From contig JBLDXI010000034.1 of NCBI GenBank assembly GCA_047495785.1, positions 186,001 through 250,000 on the forward strand: a stretch of 64,000 nucleotides of DNA, in the 5' to 3' direction. The translations under genes were made by a program, and so were the position numbers. Numbering within the stretch: position 1 is the first letter of the stretch; each line of letters begins with the position of its first letter. Positions 63,288 through 64,000 of this stretch are shown here, in pieces. The DNA is from Lepidodermella squamata (lineage: Eukaryota; Animalia; Gastrotricha). Below the pieces are notes generated by a model. The model was not told where the DNA came from. It was given only the letters and a program-made list of their open reading frames with translations, and did no database searches.

Positions 63288-64000
63288 ATGTCATCACTTG
63301 TAGCAATTCTCGCCACAATATCGCTGATTTCAACTTATGGTATGAATTTTGATTAAATTAGCCCCATCAGCAGCTTTGTTCTTACAGGTGAATGTCAGAC
63401 CCCATGGCCGCGCCCTGAGTCACTGGTTTTCCAACTACCCCTCGACCTTAATTATCAACTCAACGACACAATTTGCAATCTTCTGCCTTTCGCCGCTTCA
63501 TCCAGCATCATTGTCTCGCCGAGCCCGGGACCGTTCGGTAACGCCTCAACCTCGGTCGAGATTCGCGACTTCCCAGACCAGATCGGGGTTTCCTTGGCCG
63601 AATACCGTAATATCCCCCTTAAAAATGGTTTCACCATCGCGTTTTACTACTACCAAAGTGGCAAAAGTGCGAGCGGAGTTCTCGAGTCCGAATTTGAGGA
63701 TGGAATTCTAACGATTGTCATCACAACCGATGGCGTTGTGATGGTTCAACTTTTCGACAAAATTCAGGGACAATACACGACGAAAATCGAACTGGCTGTA
63801 TTCAACAAAAGTCAGACCTGGGGATTCGCAGCATTGTCCTATGACATGCTCAGCCAAAAACTGCGTCTATTCGCCCCTGGCGCGGATTTGAAGCCTGTTG
63901 AAGCCGACTCTACGTTTCAATTCATCAAAACATCTCTCGTGACGTGGGCGAGGTTCAAAATTGGAGGGGCAGCGATTCGAGGCGTTCCTCCCCGGGTTTA
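63288..64000 (+). CDS. Secreted concanavalin A/LamG-like domain protein, partial
   Basis: Signal MSSLVAILATISLISTYG with an intron at ~63340-63387, then a frame open to the window end with FQLPLD, PGPFG, GFTIAFYYY and WGFAALSYD..LRLF beta-sandwich-like motifs. It is missed by the ORF track. Confidence 0.65.

Overview
Eukaryotic (invertebrate-like) genomic DNA with many short spliceosomal introns, so the six-frame ORF track only shows exon fragments; gene models were spliced by eye. 1-29.5 kb (minus): one giant secreted protein gene (starts 29477, runs off the left edge) built from roughly 80-90 four-Cys modules on micro-exons and organised into a 10-module super-repeat. Head-to-head with it (about 425 bp apart) is an astacin-EGF-CUB-kringle gene whose zinc site is replaced by aromatic residues and whose C-terminus carries the same Cys module. 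Next is an anoctamin/TMEM16 gene hosting a long-TIR Mutator-like element with LINE fragments. 41-64 kb is an intron-poor, less AT-rich block of duplicated, lineage-specific-looking genes: two three-repeat/aerolysin-like candidate pore-forming toxins bracketing three divergent Cys-loop channel genes (one frameshifted), three small disulfide-peptide precursor genes (one dead), a bacterial-like NmrA/HSCARG gene with introns, an orphan gene and a secreted LamG-like gene. AT-rich introns show visible ~10-bp A/T periodicity that switches off in sharply bounded domains. No RNA genes or CRISPR arrays were recognised. Family assignments come from motif recognition, not database searches.
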